Shown: positions 19,237-27,951 of the stretch, in pieces
How the letters are laid out: each line of letters begins with the position of its first letter
How positions within the stretch are numbered: the first letter of the stretch is position 1
From: Candidatus Woesearchaeota archaeon
Lineage (GTDB): Archaea; Nanobdellota; Nanobdellia; Woesearchaeales; UBA12501
Direction: 5' to 3'
Assembly: GCA_030651375.1 (NCBI GenBank)
Contig: JAUSFM010000009.1
Location: forward strand, 65,345-129,344
DNA: 64,000 nucleotides
Notes under the pieces: model-generated
Databases searched by the model: none
What the model was told of the DNA's origin: nothing
Seen by the model: the letters and a program-made list of their open reading frames with translations, nothing else
Position numbers and translations under genes: made by a program

Positions 19237-19407
19237 TTAAAGCTTTAGTTTTTTCTTGATGCTCTTCAAAAACTTGTTCCCGTCAGTCCCTTTTATTTTT
19301 CTTAACAAGCGGACATTTTGGCCGAGAGGGCCATCAAATAGAACACTGTCTTCTTTCTTTTTTACATTGCGTATCTTTCGTCCGCGCGGATCAGATTCAA
19401 GTGGCAT
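19237..19407 (-). CDS. Small basic hypothetical protein (56 aa; not in the ORF track)
   Basis: Hand translation MPLESDPRGRKIRNVKKKEDSVLFDGPLGQNVRLLRKIKGTDGNKFLKSIKKKLKL; GAGGTGA RBS upstream. Confidence 0.65.
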   Translation of the reverse strand: MPLESDPRGRKIRNVKKKEDSVLFDGPLGQNVRLLRKIKGTDGNKFLKSIKKKLKL

Positions 19408-19451
19408 GTGATTCACCTCACTATTTGGTGGAGATTTCCGCGTATAAAAAG

Positions 19452-19694
19452 TTAGTGCTTTTGGCTGCGTTGTGCTCCGCCGGTTTTGTAGGGCGTGTGC
19501 TCTGCTTTTACCTTTTGGGACGTACTCTCTTCAGGAACGATGTCGTAAATAGTGCGTTCATCGTAGCCGCAGTCCTTGCAGACCATGCACATGATGTCCT
19601 GATATTCAGCGACGGTAATTTTTTTTGAATTGCATTTGGGACAGGTATGGATGATACTTTTGAGAAGGTCTTCGCGGTTTTTGGAGGATTCCAA
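19452..19694 (-). CDS. Small zinc-ribbon protein
   Basis: CPKC...CKDC; TTG start preceded by AGGTGG RBS. Confidence 0.7.
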   Translation of the reverse strand: MESSKNREDLLKSIIHTCPKCNSKKITVAEYQDIMCMVCKDCGYDERTIYDIVPEESTSQKVKAEHTPYKTGGAQRSQKH

Positions 19695-19722
19695 TTTCTA
19701 CCACCTAATACTTAATCTCAAC

Positions 19723-19787
19723 CAACCTTTTTTGCAAGCAAAAAAGCTTGACCAAAATGGGGGCATCCTCGCTTCGCTCGGAGCCCC
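19723..19787. repeat. Two adjacent intergenic hairpins (REP-like or terminator-like)
   Basis: CAACCTTTTTTGC-AA-GCAAAAAAGCTTG (19723-19750, one mismatch) and GGGGCATCC-TCGCTTCGCTC-GGAGCCCC (19760-19787). Confidence 0.6.
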
Positions 19788-19792
19788 GCGCG

Positions 19793-20047
19793 TTAATACT
19801 TAATCTCCACATCCCCTTCTTTTATCTTGCACTGGCAGCACAAGCGGTGCTTTTCATCAATCCCCATTTGCGCCTCTGCTTCGGTGCGTTCCGATAGGTG
19901 TTCCATGCCGCTGATTATTTCAACGTAGCACGTGCCGCACAAGCCGTTTTCGCAGCCGAACGGTATTCCCAACTCTTTGCAGGCATCCTTGATGGGCTCG
20001 CCTTCTTTGACGTCGCGCGATTCACCGCTGGAAATGATGGCTGGCAT
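19793..20047 (-). CDS. 2Fe-2S ferredoxin
   Basis: CENGLCGTC...RLCCQ plant/adrenodoxin-type pattern. Confidence 0.92.
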   Translation of the reverse strand: MPAIISSGESRDVKEGEPIKDACKELGIPFGCENGLCGTCYVEIISGMEHLSERTEAEAQMGIDEKHRLCCQCKIKEGDVEIKY

Positions 20048-20177
20048 GAAACGAAAAACCGTGCTGGTGGTTTATATAGGTTGCGGAAATTGATTATTTT
20101 ACTTCAACTATTTCCCTGTTTAGTTCACCCAATCTTTGATAGAAATCCATTTATAGGGGTATCACTTTTTGTTTTTT

Positions 20178-21449
20178 ATGATTAAAAAATCTATTATCTC
20201 AACCATCTTAATACTGCACTTTATACTTTTTAGTTATCCTGTTTTAGGATTAGAGTGTCAATATACTTCAAATCTTGAATATTCAACGGAAGAAGAAGGT
20301 TGGTACTTAAATAATGAGTTATTAGATGGTTCTCCTACTCAGGAAATAATAGGGTCGAATGATAACTTTGAATCTCACAAAGTATACAACCCCTTCGAAT
20401 TTCCCATAACAGTTGAAATTAGTTATGCTACTTTTTCGACATGGTACGGGGGGAGTAATGGTGGAATTACTGGCGTTGTACCTCCTAAACAGTATGTTAC
20501 TCTAATAAGTCATCATACAGCTGATGGGCAGATTCGAGATTTAAAGTTCAAAATTATTGAACCATCCGGAATTATTAACAAACTTGAATTAGTTAAAAAA
20601 AATAAACTTGTCTGTAAAGAATGTGGTGGAAAAGTGTGCATGGATGATGGCTTAACCTGTGAAATAAATTCCGAATGTGGCAGCGGAAAGTGTATAGAAA
20701 AAATATGCTCTCCTAACAATTACTGCTATAATAATAACTGCGAATGCTCCTTTTTTGAAGTTCAATCAAAAGATAACACCAAATGTGAGAATAATAATAT
20801 CTTTTTCGGATTAACATTTATGGCGATGTTACTTATTATCGGCGCACTCATCTTCATCAAAATAATGAGGGAAAAAAGAAAAACAACACAAGCAAAAAAA
20901 GAAGCAGATGTAAAAGTTGAAAAAGAAAAACAGATAACTGCGGAGAAAGAAAGAGAAAAATACGATAAAGAACTTAGTGTTTTAAAAGAACGCCAAGATG
21001 CAATATTAAGAAAAGAAGAGGAATTGGAGGAATTAAAGAGACTTTCTAGTCTAACAAAACAAGAGAAGGAAAATATCCAAAAATTATCAGAAGAAATAAC
21101 TAAAGAAACACTTGAAATGGAGAAAAATGTAAAAAAAAGATTTGCGGTTTCTATGGAACCATATCCAAGTAAATATGCAAGCCATAGGCGTGTTTTTAAA
21201 AATCCCTATCTGGGTGGCTACGAATGTTTTTATGAAGAAAGACTTGACCCCAAAAAATATTCTTTGTCAAAGCTGGTTCATAGGTGGGTTTGGAAAAAAG
21301 CAAATGGGAGGGAACCAAAACAAGGTTATCATATCCATCACATTGATGGAGATAAATACCATAATGATGCAAAAAACCTTGAAGAAATTAAAGGAGACGA
21401 ACATTATGGACTGCATAGAAATGAAAGACAAATTCCCCCTCAATCTTGA
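20178..21449 (+). CDS. Membrane-anchored protein: signal peptide, Cys-rich ectodomain, TM helix, coiled coil, C-terminal HNH nuclease
   Basis: Hydrophobic N-terminus; Cys cluster CKECGGKVC...CIEKICS; TM segment FFGLTFMAMLLIIGALIFI; VHRWVW...HIHHIDGDKYHNDAKNL...EHYGLH; visibly AT-rich DNA. Confidence 0.8.
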   Translation: MIKKSIISTILILHFILFSYPVLGLECQYTSNLEYSTEEEGWYLNNELLDGSPTQEIIGSNDNFESHKVYNPFEFPITVEISYATFSTWYGGSNGGITGVVPPKQYVTLISHHTADGQIRDLKFKIIEPSGIINKLELVKKNKLVCKECGGKVCMDDGLTCEINSECGSGKCIEKICSPNNYCYNNNCECSFFEVQSKDNTKCENNNIFFGLTFMAMLLIIGALIFIKIMREKRKTTQAKKEADVKVEKEKQITAEKEREKYDKELSVLKERQDAILRKEEELEELKRLSSLTKQEKENIQKLSEEITKETLEMEKNVKKRFAVSMEPYPSKYASHRRVFKNPYLGGYECFYEERLDPKKYSLSKLVHRWVWKKANGREPKQGYHIHHIDGDKYHNDAKNLEEIKGDEHYGLHRNERQIPPQS

Positions 21450-21628
21450 TCTCATGCCTCTTTTTTCCATTTTTTTTATCGAGTAATCTCCCCGTTCATC
21501 CCACCCACTGGACATCCCCATTCTGCCTTAAAACCCCCGATCACAGGCCATAAGCCCCAAACTCCGTAGCACTGGACACTGGACAGATGCGCGTGAGGTT
21601 TATATAGTACCACTCCCTCAACAAAGTA

Positions 21629-22474
21629 ATGGATCAAAAAACTGCTTTGGTCGTGTTTGAAGACAAGAAAATACGAAGAATCTGGCATAATGACGAATGG
21701 TATTTCTCTGTTGTTGATATAATCGGTGTACTCATTGATACTCCCGATGCTCGGAACTACTGGAAAGTTCTCAAACATCGTTTATTAAAGGAAGGAAGTG
21801 AAGTGGTTACAAAATGTAACCAGTTGAAATTACCCGCCCCGGATGGTAAACTAAGGGAAACCGACTGTGCGAACACCAAAAACATGTTCAGAATCATCCA
21901 AACAATACCTTCTCCCCGTGCAGAAACGTTTAAGATGTGGCTCTCTCAAGTCGGCTACGAGCGCGTCCAAGAAATCGAAAATCCGGAATTAGGCCAAGAC
22001 CGCATTAAAAAATATTATGAGCTGAAAGGCTATCCCCAAGACTGGATTGACAAGCGCCTTCGGGGAATTGCTATTCGCCAAGAACTCACCGATGAATGGA
22101 AAAACAGAGGCGTTGGTGAACAGCGTGAGTACGCCATCCTCACCAATGAGATTTCACAGGCAACATTTGGCGTTCCCATCAAAACGCACAAGGAAATCAA
22201 AGGCCTTGACCCGAAATTCAAGAACCAAAACCTGCGCGACCACATGTCTGACCTCGAACTTATTTTTTCAATGCTGGGCGAACGGCTGACCACTGAAGCA
22301 GCGCGCAAGAAAGACGTTCACGGTTTTACCGAGAATCTTGAAACAGCACAAGAAGGCGGCGCGGTTGCCGGCCGCGCGCGTACCGACGCTGAAAAGACTT
22401 TAGGCATTGCTGTTGTTTCTCCAGAAAATGCACTTGATATTGTTCACCAAAAGAAGCGCATAGAAAAAAAGTGA
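21629..22474 (+). CDS. BRO-N domain (phage antirepressor-like) protein
   Basis: IRRIWHNDEWYFSVVDII, RNYWKVLK, IIQTIPSPRAETFKMWL and NLRDHM motifs; TTTATATA 30 nt upstream. Confidence 0.85.
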   Translation: MDQKTALVVFEDKKIRRIWHNDEWYFSVVDIIGVLIDTPDARNYWKVLKHRLLKEGSEVVTKCNQLKLPAPDGKLRETDCANTKNMFRIIQTIPSPRAETFKMWLSQVGYERVQEIENPELGQDRIKKYYELKGYPQDWIDKRLRGIAIRQELTDEWKNRGVGEQREYAILTNEISQATFGVPIKTHKEIKGLDPKFKNQNLRDHMSDLELIFSMLGERLTTEAARKKDVHGFTENLETAQEGGAVAGRARTDAEKTLGIAVVSPENALDIVHQKKRIEKK

Positions 22475-22499
22475 TTACCCAATTGCTCGTCGCACATCG

Positions 22500-22787
22500 C
22501 TATTTTCTCACATATGTTGCGAGTGTTCTTTCAACTTGATTTCCAGGATGTCTTAAATCGAGAGGGTGACCAATCTGGCGCAGGCGTCCAACCAGTTGGC
22601 GTTTGGTATAATAACCCTCGATCGTGCCACCTTTTTGATCCCTGAACCAAATTTCGAAACCGCGCGGTTCATGATTAAGAAATGGTGGAACATATGCGAC
22701 TGAAAGTTTTGTTCTGCCCTCTTCCGTTCGTAAATACCAGCTTGTATCTGTATTTTGTCTCCAGTACGCTTGTTCCATAAGGTTCAC
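22500..22787 (-). CDS. hypothetical protein
   Basis: GTGA overlap with the EF-1beta stop; no family recognised. Confidence 0.5.
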   Translation of the reverse strand: MNLMEQAYWRQNTDTSWYLRTEEGRTKLSVAYVPPFLNHEPRGFEIWFRDQKGGTIEGYYTKRQLVGRLRQIGHPLDLRHPGNQVERTLATYVRK

Positions 22788-23059
22788 CCAATCGTCCGTC
22801 TGACATCAATCACATCAACCGAGCCAACGCCGGGTATTGTCTGGATTTCTTTTTCAAGCTCGTCGGTTGAGCCGCGGCTTTCATCCAGTAGGAAAACCGT
22901 CTTGAGGCACTTCAGCCCGAACGCGACTTCCTCGACGTCGGTCTTGCCGTATTCTGCCCCGAATTCAGTGATCTTTTTTTCTAATTCTTTTTGCACAAGA
23001 GAAAGGTCATTCTCAGCAGATTCCGGCATAATTCGCAGGGTAATAACAACTGTTGCCAT
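22784..23059 (-). CDS. ef1B: Archaeal translation elongation factor 1-beta
   Basis: MATVVITLRIMPES...EEVAFGLKCL...GVGSVDVIDVRR; start taken at ATG 23059. Confidence 0.93.
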   Translation of the reverse strand: MATVVITLRIMPESAENDLSLVQKELEKKITEFGAEYGKTDVEEVAFGLKCLKTVFLLDESRGSTDELEKEIQTIPGVGSVDVIDVRRTIG

Positions 23060-23063
23060 GGTG

Positions 23064-23243
23064 CTAATTCGGCCCGAGAAAGCCGCAGGTGCACTGGTAT
23101 TGCGCCACAATGCGGCGGCACTTGCCACAGCGGATGATTTCCTTGCCGCACTTTGGGCAGGGGAATCGGGTGACGTCTTTGGCGCCGGCGACATTGGTCT
23201 TGCACGACATGCACTGTATAGTGTGTTCGTTTGTTGAGGACAT
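23064..23243 (-). CDS. Double zinc-ribbon protein (DUF1610/HVO_2753-like, 59 aa; not in the ORF track)
   Basis: Hand translation ...CMSC...FPCPKCGKEIIRCGKCRRIVAQYQCTCGFLGPN; this family typically lies directly upstream of aEF-1beta in archaea. Confidence 0.88.
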   Translation of the reverse strand: MSSTNEHTIQCMSCKTNVAGAKDVTRFPCPKCGKEIIRCGKCRRIVAQYQCTCGFLGPN

Positions 23244-23291
23244 ACGACTGCAAGGAAAGGCGGGGGTTTATAAAGCTTTTGGGTTCCACGC

Positions 23292-23777
23292 TTATTTAGA
23301 AAACACACCTTCTGTTGCCTTGATTTTTTCAAAGACTTTTTTCATATCCTCTGTTTTGACTTTAACTGAATGAGTTCGGAGGCCGATATTAAAGGCGCTG
23401 TCTTGATTATCATACACTCCCGTGTCTACCATCACCGGCACGGTTTCTTTGTGGCCGAACGGCGGCACTGCGCCGATCTCACAGCCGGTTTTTCGCATCA
23501 CTTCTTCCGGAGTTGCCATTCGTATTTTATTTTTTGACCAGCCAACCTGTTCTGCTACCCGTTTCACATCCACTTTTTTATCTGCGGGAATATTCACCAC
23601 CACCCACGCATTGGCATCATTCGTAAACAGAAGTGCTTTGATTCCTTGGTGTAATGCGAATCCTCTGGTCTTAGCCGCGTCTTCGCTGGTAATCACTGCT
23701 TCATGCTCAAGATAGGTTGGCTTGATATCTAACTCGGAAAAAAATGCGCGTATCCGTTCAACTTCTTCGTAGCCCAT
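23292..23777 (-). CDS. YbaK/ProX aminoacyl-tRNA deacylase domain protein
   Basis: GIKALL, MATPEEV and GAVPPFG motifs. Confidence 0.9.
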   Translation of the reverse strand: MGYEEVERIRAFFSELDIKPTYLEHEAVITSEDAAKTRGFALHQGIKALLFTNDANAWVVVNIPADKKVDVKRVAEQVGWSKNKIRMATPEEVMRKTGCEIGAVPPFGHKETVPVMVDTGVYDNQDSAFNIGLRTHSVKVKTEDMKKVFEKIKATEGVFSK

Positions 23778-23860
23778 ATCCCCACAGACTTTTGGATTCT
23801 TTATATACTTTTCTAACCATCACAACAATCATTATAAACCAAACACTTTTTCTTTTTTGT

Positions 23861-24640
23861 ATGGTTGTCGCTGGTGCTGATGAGGGGGATGACATCCCCA
23901 TTGAAATTGATATGGCTGAATTTGATGCTGCATCCTCGGTGCAGGCTCCACCAATACCAAATGCATCTTTTGCATCTTTTTCTGTTACCCATTTTTTCCG
24001 GCTTGCCGTGCTTTATGGGTACCCGTCTGACGCGGAAAAACTGGGGCGCCTGAAAGACTCCGAACCTGCTGCGCGGGATTATTTCCTGAACAACGCGCCG
24101 GGCGCTGCGTATTTTCAGGGTAAGATATTTGACCTTCCTGAATTTGTCGAGCGGGGGCGTTCGGCATTTACGCATCCTCCCGATCGAACCACTATCAATG
24201 GTGCACGTGGTGCAGGTGCTCGTTCATGGCTGATGACCGCATATTGGCTTGCCGAGTACGCAGGCGATGATGAACTTCGGCAGCAGATTGGCAGTCCAGC
24301 GCTTGAGCGTGTGCCGTACCTTGCGTATAAAATCGGGCGCCAGACACGCAACGAATCCTTGGCCAATACCGCGCGCGGGCATATTACCGACACTGATCCA
24401 CTTTTCGGCATTATTCTCGGCATGATTGAGGACGATGATGGCCTGCTGCGTGCCTGCGCTGGAAATTATATCCCCCCTAATGCGCGGTTTGTTTCTGACG
24501 TGGCAAAACGAAGAGGATATCACGAACTAACCGAGCGAGTTAACGACTATCTCTTTACCGCAGTGGAACAAGGCCTCCCATTGGGCGACAAAAAAACCAT
24601 CCAGACTGTTGATTATCTCGTTGAACTCTTTAACGCATAA
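23861..24640 (+). CDS. hypothetical protein (alpha-helical)
   Basis: Long open frame; start uncertain (ATG 23861 chosen); no family recognised. Confidence 0.6.
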   Translation: MVVAGADEGDDIPIEIDMAEFDAASSVQAPPIPNASFASFSVTHFFRLAVLYGYPSDAEKLGRLKDSEPAARDYFLNNAPGAAYFQGKIFDLPEFVERGRSAFTHPPDRTTINGARGAGARSWLMTAYWLAEYAGDDELRQQIGSPALERVPYLAYKIGRQTRNESLANTARGHITDTDPLFGIILGMIEDDDGLLRACAGNYIPPNARFVSDVAKRRGYHELTERVNDYLFTAVEQGLPLGDKKTIQTVDYLVELFNA

Positions 24641-24750
24641 CTTCCCTTTCAACATAAAAAATATAAAAAATTCATAAAAATTCATTCTTGAGTACTAACA
24701 AACCTTTTTATATCAATCTGCCTGTGTACTACTCACAAGGGGGTTGATTG

Positions 24751-26832
24751 ATGGCGAATAAGCATTTTCAGCGCATGGACAAAGTTCTTGGCCTCCCGCC
24801 TGCGCCGCATGGTGCACCTGCCAAAGAAAAAAATGCCAGCCATCACCATCCCGAACATACCTCTCCTGCTTCACCTACTGCAACGCATAGGCATGGTTTT
24901 CTCGCGCGATTCAAAAAGCACCCATCGCATCCCTCTATTCAAAACGCTCCTGCCGGTGCTTATCCGAGTGACTTCGCACAACAGGAGCGCGCTGACGTTG
25001 ACGAGCTGAAAAAGCACCAGATTGAGCTCGATCACCTCGCACTTCAACAGCAGGCCAGAGAACAAGCTCGAGAAGAGCAAGAGCCTACCGGCGCGGAAAA
25101 ATATCTTCTCAAGGAAAAAGAAAAACTGCTCAAAGAGCGGTTCACGCTTGAAGGCGACATTGTTGCGCTCACGAAACGTCGCGCCCAGCTTGTTGGCCAG
25201 ATGCGAGTCGGCATCACTGAAGAAGAAAAAAAAGCCCGAACAAAAATTGAAAGCTCCCTGCGCGGCCTCGCGAACGAGCGCGAACGGCTCCTCACCGTGG
25301 TCAAAAATCTCAAGCCGCAGGCTGATGAGCTCCGCCGGCAGATGTCACCTAGTTTTTTCACCATCGAAAAGCATGAAAAAGAACTCGCAGCGCGCGAAGA
25401 AAAAATATCGCTTGCTGACGCACGATTGAAAAAAATCAGCGATGAGCTCCGCCACCATGAATTTGAGCTCGGAAAAAAACAGGCAGGCCTTGCCCATGAA
25501 GAGCGCGAGCTCACTGAACAGCAGCGCGCGCTCAAGGAACGGCTTGCACAGGAAAGCCAGCGCGTTGCGCTCATGCTCGCGGAAAAAGAAGCGCTGCTCA
25601 AAAACAAGTACAAAATATGGGAGCAACAGATTGACCGGCGCGAGCACGCAATCGCCGGTGCCGAGCGAAACTTCAACAAGGAAAAAGGAAAACTCTACCT
25701 TGAATTTGAAAAAGAGCACGAAAAACTCGGCCACAGCCTCGAAGAAGAGCGCACCAAGCTCTACGGCGACTTGCAGCAGCAGAAAGACCATCTCAGCCGG
25801 GATCTCGTCGATCTGGAAACCAAAAAGCGACAGCTTGAGCAGGCAGTGCTCGAGAAAAAAGAGACCATTCACGATATCGCTGAAACTGAACGCCTGCTCA
25901 ATGAAAAAGAAGAGCATCTGCTCAACAAAATCCGGATGCTTGAGACGGACGAGCATCGCCTCCACTCTCGCGAGAATGAGATTATCGGCAAAATCAAACA
26001 GCTCGAGAGCGACCAGCAGCTGCTCGATGACAAGGAAAACGAGCTCATTGACGTGCTGAAAAAACTGGATATGCGTGAAGGCGAGCTGCGTAATCATGAG
26101 CGTATGCTGAATGTCAAGGGCAACGAACTCACGGCTCGGGAGCATGACATCCAGAAAAAAATGGACGAGGCACAAGAAAAGCTTGACGCCATCAAAACGA
26201 ATAATTCACTCAAGCTGAACACCGCCGAGCTCGAAAAGGCCGCCACTAAAATCGTCGGTGAAATTGAATCTCTCGCACACAAAAAAGAATCTCTCATCAA
26301 ACAGCAAACACTCCAGCACGACATTGAGGCGCTGCAAAAATCAAAAAAACTCATTGCAGCCGAACTTGAAAAAGAGCGGGGCGCGCTCGAGCAGGAGATC
26401 AACAAGCTCGTTGCCAAAGTTGCTGACATGGAACAGGTCTTTGTCGCTGACGACCGGCTCAAGCAGCGCCAGGACTTCATGGAACGGAAAGAAGATGCGC
26501 TTGAGCAGGAGCATGCCCACATTCAGGAGCAGCTCAACCAGCTTGAAACCAACAGCATAAACGCGGTTGCAGCATTGTCATCAGTTCAGCAGCAGAAAAA
26601 TACTGCAAAAGAGATTTTCGAGGCCGACTCGCGCGAAAAAGTTGAGATCTACGCAATGATTGAGCAGGCGCGCGACGCCATTGTCGCCGGCACCTTCGAT
26701 CTTGCCAAGCAAATCTACGCGGCGATTCAGGAAGCGTACAAAACATTCAACCTTGCTGAAGCAGACCGCCGGAAAATTTACTTTGATGTGGTTGAGCTCA
26801 AGACGGACATTGAGCTCGGCGCGCTCTGCTGA
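24751..26832 (+). CDS. Long coiled-coil protein
   Basis: About 550 aa of E/K/L/Q-rich heptad-like sequence with a His/Pro-rich N-terminus; no Walker motifs. Confidence 0.8.
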   Translation: MANKHFQRMDKVLGLPPAPHGAPAKEKNASHHHPEHTSPASPTATHRHGFLARFKKHPSHPSIQNAPAGAYPSDFAQQERADVDELKKHQIELDHLALQQQAREQAREEQEPTGAEKYLLKEKEKLLKERFTLEGDIVALTKRRAQLVGQMRVGITEEEKKARTKIESSLRGLANERERLLTVVKNLKPQADELRRQMSPSFFTIEKHEKELAAREEKISLADARLKKISDELRHHEFELGKKQAGLAHEERELTEQQRALKERLAQESQRVALMLAEKEALLKNKYKIWEQQIDRREHAIAGAERNFNKEKGKLYLEFEKEHEKLGHSLEEERTKLYGDLQQQKDHLSRDLVDLETKKRQLEQAVLEKKETIHDIAETERLLNEKEEHLLNKIRMLETDEHRLHSRENEIIGKIKQLESDQQLLDDKENELIDVLKKLDMREGELRNHERMLNVKGNELTAREHDIQKKMDEAQEKLDAIKTNNSLKLNTAELEKAATKIVGEIESLAHKKESLIKQQTLQHDIEALQKSKKLIAAELEKERGALEQEINKLVAKVADMEQVFVADDRLKQRQDFMERKEDALEQEHAHIQEQLNQLETNSINAVAALSSVQQQKNTAKEIFEADSREKVEIYAMIEQARDAIVAGTFDLAKQIYAAIQEAYKTFNLAEADRRKIYFDVVELKTDIELGALC

Positions 26833-26896
26833 TTTTTGTGTTTTTTTGTGCTCATTTTTCTTGTTGTACGCTCTATTGTCTCGATGTACATTCATC

Positions 26897-26952
26897 ATTT
26901 TGTTTTCTCGTTTTGTTTCTCGTTTTGTTTCTTGTTTTGTTTCTTGTTTTCT
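26897..26952 (+). repeat. 12-bp tandem repeat GTTTTGTTTCT(C/T) upstream of the parA-like gene
   Basis: Full units at 26910-26921, 26922-26933 and 26934-26945 with degenerate flanking copies. Confidence 0.8.
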
Positions 26953-27052
26953 ACAATCAAAATATTTATAAACCAGTGGCGAGTGTGATGTGTTGAAACC
27001 TGTATACACTTAAAAGAGAAAAAGAAAAAATCAGCCAAAAAGAGGGGATAGC

Positions 27053-27862
27053 ATGAGAAAAATCTGCATTATTAACCAAAAAGGCGGCGTGGCAAAAACA
27101 ACCACCGCTGTAAACCTCGGCGTTGGTCTTGCCAAGGAAGGAAAAAAAGTTCTCATTATCGACCTTGATGCGCAAGGAAACGTCGGCACCTGCCTGCCAG
27201 CAGAGTCAAAAAAAGACCTGTACGACTTTCTGGTTGAAAACGCCGACATCCGCGAGTGCATCTCCGGCGTCACCGAAAATCTCGACCTTATCAAAAGCAG
27301 GGAAACACTGGCAAAAGCCGAGCTCATTCTCGTGGGCGAAAGCTCCCGTGAAATGACACTTCGGAGAAAACTGCAAAACCTTGCAGGCTATGATTACGTG
27401 CTGCTTGACTGCCCGCCGAGCCTCGGCCTGCTGAACCAGAACGCCATGCTGTTTGCAACCGAAGCGCTTATTCCGGCATCCACCGACATTCTCGGGATTG
27501 ATGCGCTGCGAAAAATGCGCTTTATTGTTGACAAAATCAATGACGTGTTCGGCCACAGCCTGACCATCAGCAAGGTGGTTCCCACGCTCTACGATGTACG
27601 CAATAAAGTGTGCAATACCGTGCTGAAACAAATGCAGAGCGAGTTCTACGAGCTGGTCTCTGACCCGATTCGTGTCAATGCAACGCTCAAAGAGGCGCCG
27701 GCAGAGAAGAAGTCAATCTTCGACTACGCCCCAAACTCGCGCGGTGCTGAAGACTACCGCAAGCTCGTCAAGCAAGTATTGCGCGACGAGGAGAAATACG
27801 TCAAACTTGCGCGCTCTCCCGCGTCAATGCGGATGCAAGTGAAAGAAGCGGTTATTGGATAA
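27053..27862 (+). CDS. ParA/Soj family ATPase
   Basis: Deviant Walker A KGGVAKTTT, IDLDAQGN, DCPPSLG and IRVNATLKEAP motifs; GAGGGG RBS. Confidence 0.92.
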   Translation: MRKICIINQKGGVAKTTTAVNLGVGLAKEGKKVLIIDLDAQGNVGTCLPAESKKDLYDFLVENADIRECISGVTENLDLIKSRETLAKAELILVGESSREMTLRRKLQNLAGYDYVLLDCPPSLGLLNQNAMLFATEALIPASTDILGIDALRKMRFIVDKINDVFGHSLTISKVVPTLYDVRNKVCNTVLKQMQSEFYELVSDPIRVNATLKEAPAEKKSIFDYAPNSRGAEDYRKLVKQVLRDEEKYVKLARSPASMRMQVKEAVIG

Positions 27863-27951
27863 ATATGTTTTTTTATCTTTTTTTCTCTACTTCTTTTGTC
27901 TTTTAATTTTTTAGATATATTTTTATGCTTTTAGAATTAATTTTTTTTCAC

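Noticed and set aside
20178-22474. Prophage or provirus suggested by the HNH and BRO-N genes
   Set aside because: No integrase, capsid, terminase or att-like repeats; only a two-gene islet.
23060-23332. Long N-terminal extension of EF-1beta in the ORF track
   Set aside because: The region encodes the separate 59-aa zinc-finger gene in another frame.
25044-26522. Long antisense ORFs (211, 276 and 142 aa) and similar shadow ORFs across the window
   Set aside because: They are antisense shadows of real genes with biased codon usage, have low-complexity S/F/L-rich translations and show no motifs.
24751-26832. SMC/Rad50 call for the coiled-coil protein
   Set aside because: No Walker A/B, signature motif or hinge/zinc hook.
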